Notes under the pieces: generated by a model | What the model was told of the DNA's origin: nothing | What the model saw: the letters and a program-made list of their open reading frames with translations, nothing else | The model's database searches: none | In this document: positions 1-7,932 of the stretch, piece by piece | How the letters are laid out: each line of letters begins with the position of its first letter | Numbering within the stretch: the stretch's first letter is position 1 | Assembly (NCBI GenBank): GCA_039924685.1 | Contig: JBDTAI010000351.1 | Location: 1-32,576, forward strand | Source: Ktedonobacterales bacterium | Lineage (GTDB): Bacteria > Chloroflexota > Ktedonobacteria > Ktedonobacterales > JADMIN01 | Reading direction: 5' to 3' | Length of the DNA stretch: 32,576 nt | Translations under genes and position numbers: made by a program

Positions 1-333
1 CAGGCCATCGTGTCGGGTGAATTGATCTTCACCTCCGGCCAGGTCGCGCTCGATCCGGCGAAAGGCGAACTGATCGAAGGCGATGTGCGGGCGCAGACGC
101 GTCAGGTGTTCGCCAACCTGGGCGCCGTGCTGACCGCCTCCGGATCGTCGCTGGCCAATATTGTCAAGACAACCGTGTTCCTCACCAGCATGAGCGATTA
201 CGCCGCAATGAACGAGGTCTATGGCGAGTTCTTCACCAGCGACCCGCCCGCGCGCTCAGCCATCGCTGTCGCCGCTCTTCCGCGCAATGCGCTGGTGGAG
301 ATCGAGGCCATCGCCCTGCGCTCCCAAAGCTAA
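1..333 (+). CDS. ridA: RidA/YjgF/TdcF-family reactive enamine/imine deaminase, 5'-truncated by the window edge
   Basis: Frame 1 is open from nt 1, and the listed ORF 10..333 starts at an internal GTG. The translation (GQVALDP...GDVRAQTRQVFANL...IVKTTVFLTSMSDYAAMNEVY...PARSAIAVAALPRNALVEIEAIA) matches the canonical RidA fold signature. Confidence 0.85.
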   Translation, partial: QAIVSGELIFTSGQVALDPAKGELIEGDVRAQTRQVFANLGAVLTASGSSLANIVKTTVFLTSMSDYAAMNEVYGEFFTSDPPARSAIAVAALPRNALVEIEAIALRSQS

Positions 334-703
334 CGCCTGACTCCCTCTTCTGCGAGGAGCGGTGTTAGGGGAGAGGTCTGGGATGAGATCGCGCTCGTGG
401 CTTGATGTCGTTTGACACCGAAAACGGGTAGTGAGTAGTCGTTGGCGCCTCTGGCTTGAGCCATTGCTTCTCCGTCTCTCGCGTGGTACACTTGTTCTAG
501 CGGCGGCTTTGTTTTTGGGGCGCTCTCCGTCCGAACCTGGATACAGAGAGCGTCCCCGTGCCGCCAGAACGGTTCGGCGGAATACCGCCGTCGCGTCGAG
601 CCGTCCTGGTAGGGCTGGCGTCTGTTCCGCCAGCAATCCTTCCCTGCCGGACGCGAGAACCCGCTGGGCTTCATCCCAAGCGAGTGTCAGTAGGAGAGGC
701 AGC
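334..703 (+). promoter_or_regulatory. Long GC-rich, hairpin-dense leader/intergenic region upstream of the S51 peptidase gene (class unknown)
   Basis: The 370 bp contain no credible ORF. An 11-bp stem forms at 517-557 (GGGGCGCTCTC / GAGAGCGtCCCC). Three segments can pair alternatively: CCGCC 561-565, GGCGG 576-580, CCGCC 585-589. A long irregular hairpin spans 591-657 with CTGGCG/CGCCAG at its apex (615-633). A TTGACA hexamer sits at 411-416. Confidence 0.3.
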
Positions 704-1372
704 ATGAAGTATCTTCTCACCTCGGGTGGCATCAGCAACACGAGCATCCACAATGCGCTGGAAGAGCTCTTAGGCAAACCGATTGTCGAGTCCAGCGCCC
801 TGTTCATTCCCACCGCGCTGTACGCCAAGCCCAATGGCGCCGTGATGACCGCCCGGGTGATCCGCGGAGAGGTCGGCCACCCCTTCTGCGACGTGGGGTG
901 GAAGTCGTTGGGAGTACTGGAACTCGCCGCGCTCCCCAGTATCCAGGAAGACGCTTGGGGCCCCGTGGTCCAGGAGACGGACGCCCTGCTGGTGGGAGGC
1001 GGCGATCCCTTGTATCTGTGCTACTGGATGCGCCAGTCCGGATTGGCCGATCTCCTGCCCTCCCTGCGTCCCGAGGCGGTCTACGTGGGACTGAGCGCCG
1101 GGAGCATGGTGATGGCCCCCAGCATCGGGGAGGACTTCGTCGGCTGGAAGCCGCCCACCGGCGGCGATACCACGCTGGGACTGGTGAATTTTTCGATATT
1201 TCCGCACCTGGATAACCCTTCGTTGCCGGACAATTCTATGGCCGATGCTGAAAAATGGGCCGCCGGTATGCCAGTTCCGGCGTACGCGATTGACGATGAG
1301 ACCGCCATACAAGTGGTTGACGGCGTCGTCGAGGTCATCTCCGAAGGCCACTGGAAGCTGTTTACTCCGTGA
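704..1372 (+). CDS. Peptidase family S51 (dipeptidase E-like) serine peptidase
   Basis: ATG at 704 is preceded by the SD taGGAGAGGcagc. Motifs LLVGGGDPLYL and YVGLSAGSMVMAP (nucleophile Ser in SAGS) are typical of S51. The Arg-rich 91 codons upstream in the listed ORF 431..1372 do not look like protein. Confidence 0.85.
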   Translation: MKYLLTSGGISNTSIHNALEELLGKPIVESSALFIPTALYAKPNGAVMTARVIRGEVGHPFCDVGWKSLGVLELAALPSIQEDAWGPVVQETDALLVGGGDPLYLCYWMRQSGLADLLPSLRPEAVYVGLSAGSMVMAPSIGEDFVGWKPPTGGDTTLGLVNFSIFPHLDNPSLPDNSMADAEKWAAGMPVPAYAIDDETAIQVVDGVVEVISEGHWKLFTP

Positions 1373-1420
1373 GATGCATCTTGCGCACGCCGACATGCGA
1401 TGTCATCTCAGCAGTGTTTT
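1371..1420 (+). terminator. Putative intrinsic terminator after the S51 peptidase gene
   Basis: GAGATG-CATC (1371-1380) pairs with GATG-t-CATCTC (1399-1409), followed by gcagtgTTTT. It overlaps the stop codon. Confidence 0.45.
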
Positions 1421-1504
1421 GGTATCACTTTTAGGGATTAGCCGCAGGCTTTAACCCGCGAGGACCGAGATCCCGAGGAGTGGGGCTGGGAGTGAGGTCC
1501 AATT

Positions 1505-1515
1505 TGCGGTATAAT
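1505..1515 (+). promoter_or_regulatory. Candidate sigma70-type -10 element, TGCGGTATAAT
   Basis: Perfect TATAAT at 1510-1515, about 80 nt upstream of the small ORF at 1596. The same 11-mer recurs at 9398-9408 upstream of ftsH. The -35 is weak. Confidence 0.4.
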
Positions 1516-1595
1516 ATCAAAGAGAAGCCCGCGCCGCTGGCTATTTCTTGAGGCAAACATTCTTCGCGCGGCGCGGCAGTGAGGAGACTCGACAC

Positions 1596-1751
1596 ATGGA
1601 TAAGGGCGGACATATTCGCCTCAGCACGATGGAGATCGTGTTGCTGGTCGTGCTGACTGCTTCGCTGATCCTGGGCTTGTTGCAGGCCCGACAAGACGTA
1701 ACACGCGAGCGCCAGCTGCGCGATGCCATGGACGCCACCGGCGAGCAGTAG
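1596..1751 (+). CDS. Small (51 aa) single-pass membrane protein, hypothetical
   Basis: ATG at 1596 lies 9 nt after the SD GAGGAG. The product is MDKGGHIRLSTMEIVLLVVLTASLILGLLQARQD..., with one hydrophobic helix and a charged tail. It has its own -10 upstream and a structured T-run region downstream. Confidence 0.45.
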   Translation: MDKGGHIRLSTMEIVLLVVLTASLILGLLQARQDVTRERQLRDAMDATGEQ

Positions 1752-1860
1752 CTACTCCGCCTGATACGCCCCGTCCGCCTGTCTGCGCCAGTATGCGCCG
1801 GGCCGGATGGGGCGTCCGTGTGTCTCGCTCCGGGCAGTACAGGCATTTTTCAGCTTATGC

Positions 1861-1902
1861 GCGTGATGATTGCTGCGTGATGATTGCTGCGTGATGATTG
1901 CT
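1861..1902. repeat. Perfect tandem repeat (gcgtgatgattgct) x3, 14-bp unit
   Basis: Read directly from the sequence: 1861-1874, 1875-1888 and 1889-1902 are identical. It lies in the intergenic region about 100 bp upstream of prfA. Confidence 0.95.
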
Positions 1903-2001
1903 GAAGATAGATATAACCGTTCAGGGTCGGTGAGACACGCGACTTGCACACCTTTTGGAACACGAGAAACACAAATAGATGCCAGGGAGCATAGATAGAT
2001 C

Positions 2002-3093
2002 ATGAACGGGACCGACTTAGACCACAAACTCCAGACACTGGAGACGCGCTACACCGAGCTTCAAGACCTGATGGCGCAACCCGAAACCACTGGCGATCCA
2101 GCATTGCTGCAACGCTATGGGCGCGAGTATGCCAGCCTGAACGATGTCGTACAGACCTACCAGCGGCTGCTCAATGTGCGCCAGCAGATCGCCGATACCC
2201 AACAGATGCTCGACGACGGGCTTGATCCTGAGATGAAGGCATTGGCGCATGACGAGTTGGAGCAGTTGCGCGCCAGCGAAGACGAGCTTGTCAACGACGT
2301 GCGGCTGGCGCTGTTGCCAAAAGACGTCATGGATGAACGCGACGCCATCGTGACGATTCAGGGGGGAGCCGGTGGCGACGAGGCGGCACTCTTCGCGGCT
2401 GACCTATTCCGCATGTATCTGCGCTATGCTGACAACCACCGCTGGCAGGTGGAGGTGCTTGATAGCAACGAGAACGGGCTGGGGGGCTACAAAGAGATCG
2501 TCTTTCAGGTGCATGGCAAGAGCGCCTATGCGCGACTAAAGTATGAAGGCGGCACACATCGGGTGCAGCGCGTGCCAGCCACGGAGTCGCAAGGGCGCAT
2601 CCACACCTCCACGGCAAAGGTGATTGTGCTGCCAGAAGCTGAGGACATCGAGGTGGAGATTCGCCCCGAAGACATTCGTGTGGATGTCTATCGCTCGACT
2701 GGCCACGGCGGCCAGAGCGTCAACACCACCGACTCCGCCGTGCGGATCACCCATCTGCCGAGCGGACTTGTCGTCACCTGCCAGGATGAGAAGTCGCAGC
2801 TCAAGAACAAGGCGAAGGCGCTGGGCGTGTTGCGCTCACGGCTGTGGGATTTGGAGCAGCAGAAGCGCGCCGCCGAACAGGGGGCAGCGCGCCGCTCACA
2901 GGTGCAGACCGGCGACCGCAGCGAGAAGATTCGCACCTATAACTTCCCGCAGGATCGCATCACCGACCATCGCATCAACGTCACCGTCCACGGCCTGCCC
3001 AATGTGCTGAATGGCGACCTCGATGACCTGATTGACGCGCTGATCACCTCGGACCAGGCGGAGAAACTCGCCGCAACGTTTGGCGAGGCGTGA
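2002..3093 (+). CDS. prfA: Peptide chain release factor 1
   Basis: RF1-specific [17 protein letters not shown] (PxT tripeptide) and the GGQ motif in [21 protein letters not shown]. The length of 363 aa fits. Confidence 0.97.
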   Translation: MNGTDLDHKLQTLETRYTELQDLMAQPETTGDPALLQRYGREYASLNDVVQTYQRLLNVRQQIADTQQMLDDGLDPEMKALAHDELEQLRASEDELVNDVRLALLPKDVMDERDAIVTIQGGAGGDEAALFAADLFRMYLRYADNHRWQVEVLDSNENGLGGYKEIVFQVHGKSAYARLKYEGGTHRVQRVPATESQGRIHTSTAKVIVLPEAEDIEVEIRPEDIRVDVYRSTGHGGQSVNTTDSAVRITHLPSGLVVTCQDEKSQLKNKAKALGVLRSRLWDLEQQKRAAEQGAARRSQVQTGDRSEKIRTYNFPQDRITDHRINVTVHGLPNVLNGDLDDLIDALITSDQAEKLAATFGEA

Positions 3094-3122
3094 TACAATG
3101 TACTCCCACTATTGATGTTGTT

Positions 3123-3200
3123 TGGCGCCGAAATCGGGTCGTGGAGTGCTCTGGCGGGCCTCGTGGCCTGAAGGCCACAGGGTAATCTCAATGGGCGCCA
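3123..3200 (+). other. Candidate structured RNA element in the leader of the HAD gene (unclassified)
   Basis: A closing stem TGGCGCC (3123-3129) / GGCGCCA (3194-3200) encloses a GTGGCC-tgaa-GGCCAC hairpin (3163-3178). A -10-like gaTACAATg sits at 3095-3102 just after the prfA stop. Confidence 0.25.
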
Positions 3201-3279
3201 CAAACAGTCCCGTTGATGTGGTCAAGCACGTAAGGGCAGAGGGCGGGAACGATCACGACTTTGGAGTTTTTGGAGAAGC

Positions 3280-4074
3280 ATGCTCAGTTCATCACGCCGT
3301 TCATACCATCAGCTTGCGCAACCCCAGGCGATCCGCGCCGTCTTCTTCGATGTCGGCTTCACGTTGCTGGCGCCGTATCCATCCGTGGCGGAGGTGGTGC
3401 GCGATGTCTGTACGCAGCGTGGTATAGCCATCGAGACAGATTGCTTGCAGGAGCAGATTCCCCACGTTGAGGCGCTGTTTGCGCAACTGACGCACGCCAA
3501 CCCGCATACCTGGGGCGATGAGCAGGCCATCACGCGCATCTGGCTGACCTACTTCACTGAGTTACTGCGCCCCTGCCTGAAAAACGCCGATGAGAAGCTG
3601 TTGCACGCCTGCGCCGACGATGCCCAACGCGCCTTTGACGAGGCCAGCGCCTATGCCCTCTACCCCGATGTGTACGCCACTCTGGCGGCGCTCAAGGCAC
3701 GGGGGCTGACGCTTGGCGTGATCTCTGACTGGGGCATCAACCTGGGCATGATCATGCGCCATCACGACCTGACGCAGTACTTCGACTTCGCGGTGATCTC
3801 CGCTGCGATGCGGCGCGCCAAGCCAGACCCCGAACTCTACCACACCGCGCTTCAACGCGCCGACGCCATCCCTGACTATACAATCCATGTCGGCGATTCA
3901 TATGTGCGCGATGTGCTGGGCGCGCGGTTGATGGGCATCACCGGCGTGATGATTGACCGCACGCGCCTCACGCGCCCCGACGATGTGGATTGCCCATTAA
4001 TCTACGACCTCTACGAACTGCTGGACCTGCTCGAAATCGCCCATCCGGCAGCCGCCTCATCGCTGGTGGAATAA
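3280..4074 (+). CDS. HAD-superfamily hydrolase (subfamily IA / haloacid dehalogenase-like)
   Basis: SD GGAG 4 nt before the ATG. Motif I is VFFDVGFTLL, motif II GVISDWG, motif III Lys in RRAKPDPELY, motif IV HVGDSYVRDV. Confidence 0.85.
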   Translation: MLSSSRRSYHQLAQPQAIRAVFFDVGFTLLAPYPSVAEVVRDVCTQRGIAIETDCLQEQIPHVEALFAQLTHANPHTWGDEQAITRIWLTYFTELLRPCLKNADEKLLHACADDAQRAFDEASAYALYPDVYATLAALKARGLTLGVISDWGINLGMIMRHHDLTQYFDFAVISAAMRRAKPDPELYHTALQRADAIPDYTIHVGDSYVRDVLGARLMGITGVMIDRTRLTRPDDVDCPLIYDLYELLDLLEIAHPAAASSLVE

Positions 4075-4374
4075 GAGTGTCTCGGCACGCAAATATTCCT
4101 GGTGCGCCTCCTCAGCCATAACTTCCCGCATACTCAGACTATCGGGATCGGAGAGCAGTTCCTCCCAGCGCTGATCCGCCTCGATCATGTCTTTGATGCG
4201 AGCAGCAATTGTGATCTGCTCTTGCTCTGACTGTTGGGAGGCAAGGTCAATCGCTTCGCGTAGTTCGTCAACCAGATCTTTTCTCCCCCTGCCAGATAGA
4301 ACCAGCGTTTTTGCGAGTTGTTCACTATGCCAGAAGGACGCTTGAATGCGATAGCCATAGTATCTGCCATTCAA
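4057..4374 (-). CDS. Hypothetical 105-aa helical, acidic protein (TTG start), last gene of the tldD-pmbA unit
   Basis: The start codon is TTG at 4374..4372, preceded by the SD caGAGGGacgat at 5-nt spacing, 37 nt after the pmbA stop. GC is visibly lower than the neighbours. The 3' end overlaps the convergent HAD gene by 18 nt. Confidence 0.5.
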   Translation of the reverse strand: MNGRYYGYRIQASFWHSEQLAKTLVLSGRGRKDLVDELREAIDLASQQSEQEQITIAARIKDMIEADQRWEELLSDPDSLSMREVMAEEAHQEYLRAETLLFHQR

Positions 4375-4411
4375 TCGTCCCTCTGTCAGTGGCGATGTTT
4401 GTCGCGGACTT

Positions 4412-5863
4412 TTATTCGCCTGCGATGGTTAGATCGCCGAAGCGGATGGCGGCGGGTCCATAGTAGACGCCATCCGTGTAGGCGTCCGAGGAGAAGCGCG
4501 CATCGGCCAGCGCCGCGAAGACGTTACCAGTGAGCGCGCCGCCCTTGATCGGCGTCACTGTGCCGTCGGGATTGTGCCGATAGCCCAGGCGAATCTCGCC
4601 CGCGAAGTCACCCGTCACCGGGTCGGGGTTGAAGGCGGAGAACAGCACCACCTCGTAGACTGGCGCGCTTCCTGTCTGCCGCAACGCCGCCAGTGGCGCC
4701 GAGCCGCGCGCGACGGTGACATTGCCGAAATTGCCGGTTGGCTCAACATTCAGATACGTCGCATAGCGCATGTCTGCCCAGTAGCGGCGCAACACACCAT
4801 TCTCGATGATCGGCAGGTTGGATGCCGGAAGGCCCTCATCGTCGAATGGGGCGGAGCGCACGCCGAATGGGCGCAACCCATCGCTGGCAAGCGTCAGCCG
4901 GTCGCCGCGTGGCTCCTCCGGCGTAATCAATTCACCCGGCTTGAAACGGCTGATCTTCTGGTAGGCGGCAGCCGCCGAGCTATGGGTCAGCAGCGGATTG
5001 TTGTTGAAGAAGAGGATCGAGTAGAACAGGTTAGCCACCGCCTCACCACTCAATATCACCGGACCGCGCGCCGTGGCAGGTGTAACCGCGCGCAGTGAGT
5101 GGCGGGCGAAGGCGCTATATGCTGCCACCGTTCCCTCGATTTGCAGATCGGCCAGCCGTCGTCGCTTCATCTCGGCATGGACCTCGGCCTCACGGTCGCC
5201 ACTCTGCGCAATCAGCACCAGATCGAAGAACACCTGCGTCCCCGCGCTCGCCGCCGTCAACCCCCGACTATTGCGGAGCATGCGATGGCTGCGCGTGGCG
5301 TAGAACTCCGCGCTGCTCAGGCGCACACCTGATTGCGTGGCCACCGCCGCTTCCAGGCGAGCGCGCAGGCCATCAAGCGCCGCCATCATTGCCGCTTGCC
5401 CACCGAGCAGCGCTGGATCGCTGATGTCAGGCGAGGGGTAGCCCTGCGCAGGCGCGGCAGGCAGCGTAAATGGCGGATTGTCGGTGAGGCTTGCCATCGT
5501 CACACCATCGGCAAACCGCGCCGCCAGTCGCGCCGGATCAGCAGTGTCGCTCGCCAGTAATGGCGTCTCCGCCTCACCCAGCGCCTGCCCGCCCGGCATA
5601 TCTGCGCCGCCGTGTGGCGCATGCAGGTTGTGGATGTGGGCGACGGCCTGTTCGTTCGTCACCAGCCGTCGCGCTTCGGTCCTGTCGCCAATCAGGTAGA
5701 GTTGCGCCTCTTCTTCGGCGATCACATCCACCTGCCAGGCGTCGGAGCCCGGCGTGTTGGCGAGCGCCCGTCCAAGCGCCTCGATATCCATGCCACCCTG
5801 CGTGTCTGTGGAAGATGTAGATTGCACGGATTGCGTTGTCCGTAGGTCATTCGGAGCCAGCAT
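4412..5863 (-). CDS. pmbA: PmbA/TldE-family metalloprotease subunit (TldD/PmbA fold, no HExxxH motif)
   Basis: Family-typical size (483 aa) and C-terminal beta-rich region (GDFAGEIRLGY...GGALTGNVF). Its ATG overlaps the tldD stop (TGATG at 5861-5865), implying translational coupling with tldD. Confidence 0.85.
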   Translation of the reverse strand: MLAPNDLRTTQSVQSTSSTDTQGGMDIEALGRALANTPGSDAWQVDVIAEEEAQLYLIGDRTEARRLVTNEQAVAHIHNLHAPHGGADMPGGQALGEAETPLLASDTADPARLAARFADGVTMASLTDNPPFTLPAAPAQGYPSPDISDPALLGGQAAMMAALDGLRARLEAAVATQSGVRLSSAEFYATRSHRMLRNSRGLTAASAGTQVFFDLVLIAQSGDREAEVHAEMKRRRLADLQIEGTVAAYSAFARHSLRAVTPATARGPVILSGEAVANLFYSILFFNNNPLLTHSSAAAAYQKISRFKPGELITPEEPRGDRLTLASDGLRPFGVRSAPFDDEGLPASNLPIIENGVLRRYWADMRYATYLNVEPTGNFGNVTVARGSAPLAALRQTGSAPVYEVVLFSAFNPDPVTGDFAGEIRLGYRHNPDGTVTPIKGGALTGNVFAALADARFSSDAYTDGVYYGPAAIRFGDLTIAGE

Positions 5864-7257
5864 CAGCCAAGCCTCGCTTTCATTCGCAGGTGCGGTCCGC
5901 CACAGGAAACAGTCACCATCTCTTTATGCCCCTTGCCACAGGCGCCCGGCCAGAGCGCGAAGTCTGAGCCGATGCCATTGATGCTCTGCAAGAGGTCAGG
6001 CACATAGCCGGAGATGCCCACTGGCGCGAACAGGCGGCCCGTCAATTGGCCGTTCACAATCTCCTCGCCATAGTGCGCCGTCACCTGGATGCCCCAGCCC
6101 ATCGGGTCTTCCATACCGCTCTCGGCCTCGCGCAGATAGATGCCACGCTCCACACCAGCGATCAGGTCAGCAGGCGGCGTATCACCACTCGCAAAGAAGG
6201 TATTGCTCATGCGCGCAAAGACCTTGCGGGTGAAGTCCTGGCGTCGTCCGTTGGGGGTGTGGATGCCCGGCGTGTAGATCGAGGAGACGAAATCGCTGAT
6301 CGGGCGCACCAGCACGCCATCGCGCAATATCTGCGTCGGGCGGGCCAGTTCGCCCTCGTCGTCGAAGAAATACGAGCCGACGGCGCCGGTGACGCTGGGA
6401 TCGTCATACATCTGCACGGCGGGCGCGGCCACCGGACGATCAATATACTTCGCAGAGAGCGCACGTCCCTTGGGGAAAAGGTCCATCTCGACACCGTGGC
6501 CGAAGCATTCATGGGCGATCACGCCTGAGATGCTGGGGTCGGTGACAGTATCATACACGCCCGGATCGAGGCGTTCCGCTTTGAGCAGCCGTAGCGCCGT
6601 CTCCACAACCATCGCCAGTTTCTCGTCACTGATGCGCGCCAGTTCATAGCCGCCAGCGCCGCCATTTATCGTGTAGTGGTAGCGCACCTGCTCACCGTCG
6701 CTGACAGCAGCAAAGGCCACCAGCATCGTGCGGCTGATGCGCTGGCGCAGGTGGCGTCCACGCCCGATATAGATTGATTCCTGGTCGTTATTGGTGTACT
6801 GCACACGCGCCTGCACAATGCGCTCGTCAAGCGCCTTGAGTCGCCGCTGGGTATCGCGCACCATCGCCAGCTTGTCCGCCAGGGGAATCGTCGCTGGATC
6901 GATCTGCATGGCGACAGCGAAGTCACGCGGCTCCTGGCCGACGATGGTGGCATAGCCGCCATTGACGATGGGTGGGCCGTCTGCGATGCGCAGACCATCC
7001 GCCCAGGCGCGGACGTTGCGCGCCAGTGTCGCGGGCGTGAGATCGCTGGTGGCGTATTCGCTGAAGCTCGCGCCATCATAGACCGTGAAGACGATGCCAC
7101 GGGTGGGGTTGACCTCGCTGGCGTTCTGTTCGCCGCCATTGTCGCCGATCTGCACGCCCGATGCGCCGCTGACCAGCGCAGCGGCATAGGGGAAACGGCG
7201 TTCCAGATCGCTCACCAGATGCTGCGCAACCGATTCGAGCGCGTCTAACTGCGCCAT
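5863..7257 (-). CDS. tldD: TldD-family zinc metalloprotease
   Basis: Metal-binding motif HECFGHGVE (HExxxH). The likely start is the ATG at 7257 (MAQLDALESV...), downstream of AAGAGG. The ORF is open up to 7308. Confidence 0.9.
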   Translation of the reverse strand: MAQLDALESVAQHLVSDLERRFPYAAALVSGASGVQIGDNGGEQNASEVNPTRGIVFTVYDGASFSEYATSDLTPATLARNVRAWADGLRIADGPPIVNGGYATIVGQEPRDFAVAMQIDPATIPLADKLAMVRDTQRRLKALDERIVQARVQYTNNDQESIYIGRGRHLRQRISRTMLVAFAAVSDGEQVRYHYTINGGAGGYELARISDEKLAMVVETALRLLKAERLDPGVYDTVTDPSISGVIAHECFGHGVEMDLFPKGRALSAKYIDRPVAAPAVQMYDDPSVTGAVGSYFFDDEGELARPTQILRDGVLVRPISDFVSSIYTPGIHTPNGRRQDFTRKVFARMSNTFFASGDTPPADLIAGVERGIYLREAESGMEDPMGWGIQVTAHYGEEIVNGQLTGRLFAPVGISGYVPDLLQSINGIGSDFALWPGACGKGHKEMVTVSCGGPHLRMKARLG

Positions 7258-7493
7258 ATGCAATGCGCCTCTTTCTACTGCCTCTGACCGCCGATAGGGG
7301 GTCCGCATCAGCGCGTCTACGCCACACCTATCTGCGTCTGTTGCGTGTATTCTACCAGATTGCGCGGCGCCTCAGCGTCATGTTTCTAGGTTACGGCATG
7401 AAAGTTGCATGGTAGTGAGAAAGCGCATCAACATGACTGATGCGCAGGTCGAGATCGCACATGGTCTCGCAACAATGAAGGAGTGAGAGCGAC

Positions 7494-7775
7494 ATGTACA
7501 ACGACCGCGATAACCTGGACCCGAATCTGAACCCGAACGCGGATCAGATGGATCAGACGGATCAGGACGCCGATACCGATCTTGATCAGCGCGGGGCCGC
7601 AAATCAGGGCAAAGGCGGCATGCGTAAACTTGGTGGCAAACTTCAGGAGGCCGCCGGTAAAGTGACTGGCAAGGACGACTGGGAGGCCCAGGGCAAGATG
7701 AAGCAGGCCGAAGGCACAGTCCAGGAGGGTTGGGGCAAGGCCGAGCGCAAGGCTGACGATGCGCTCAATCCGTAG
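7494..7775 (+). CDS. CsbD-family general stress protein with an acidic Asp/Asn-rich N-terminal extension
   Basis: SD AAGGAG lies upstream. The C-terminal GKLQEAAGKVTGKDDWEAQGKMKQAEGTVQEGWGKAERKADDA is the CsbD repeat pattern. Confidence 0.8.
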   Translation: MYNDRDNLDPNLNPNADQMDQTDQDADTDLDQRGAANQGKGGMRKLGGKLQEAAGKVTGKDDWEAQGKMKQAEGTVQEGWGKAERKADDALNP

Positions 7776-7857
7776 CTTCAATCCCGACTCCCACCTTTCC
7801 TTGAGGAGACAGGCAGAGACATAGAGTGACGCCTGGATTCAGGAAGGGTATACAAGG

Positions 7858-7905
7858 CTCGTCTGCCGGGTGGCGCATGTGTGCGCTGCCTGGCAGACGA
7901 GTTTT
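7858..7905 (+). terminator. Intrinsic terminator between the convergent csbD-like and moxR genes
   Basis: CTCGTCTGCC (7858-7867) pairs with GGCAGACGAG (7892-7901), with an inner GCGCA/TGCGC stem, followed by TTTT (7902-7905). Confidence 0.7.
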
Positions 7906-7932
7906 GCGCTGATGCCCACCTGGTTCGCAGTG

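Noticed and set aside
478-590. Fragments resembling a T-box (cgcGTGGTACac at about 480-491) and the glmS ribozyme 5' end (GCCGCCAGAACGG at about 560-572).
   Set aside because: Only 7-8 nt match. The rest of the conserved cores (T-box ...ACCGCG plus terminator/antiterminator geometry, glmS GACGAGGA/GGAGG core) is absent. The downstream gene is neither an aaRS nor glmS.
330-674. The minus-strand peptide ...GANDYSLPVF... resembles the ANDxxYALAA-type tmRNA tag.
   Set aside because: No stop follows after about 10 codons. There is no tRNA-like acceptor or T-arm (GGUUCGAxUCC...CCA) nearby. The tag would not end in the hydrophobic LAA/VAA.
431-703. N-terminal extensions of listed ORFs: 431..703 for the S51 peptidase, 8908..9228 for MoxR, 29485..29913 for the repeat protein, 27061..27180 and 27896..27937.
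   Set aside because: The extensions are Arg/Cys/Trp-rich and not protein-like. Each downstream start has a proper SD and gives a family-typical length.
3136-3156. ZTP (pfl) riboswitch-like strings GGGTCGTG and CTGGCG.
   Set aside because: The P1 partner CGACCC and the essential 3' CCGCCUGGGC pseudoknot element are both missing. The downstream gene is not a purine or folate gene.
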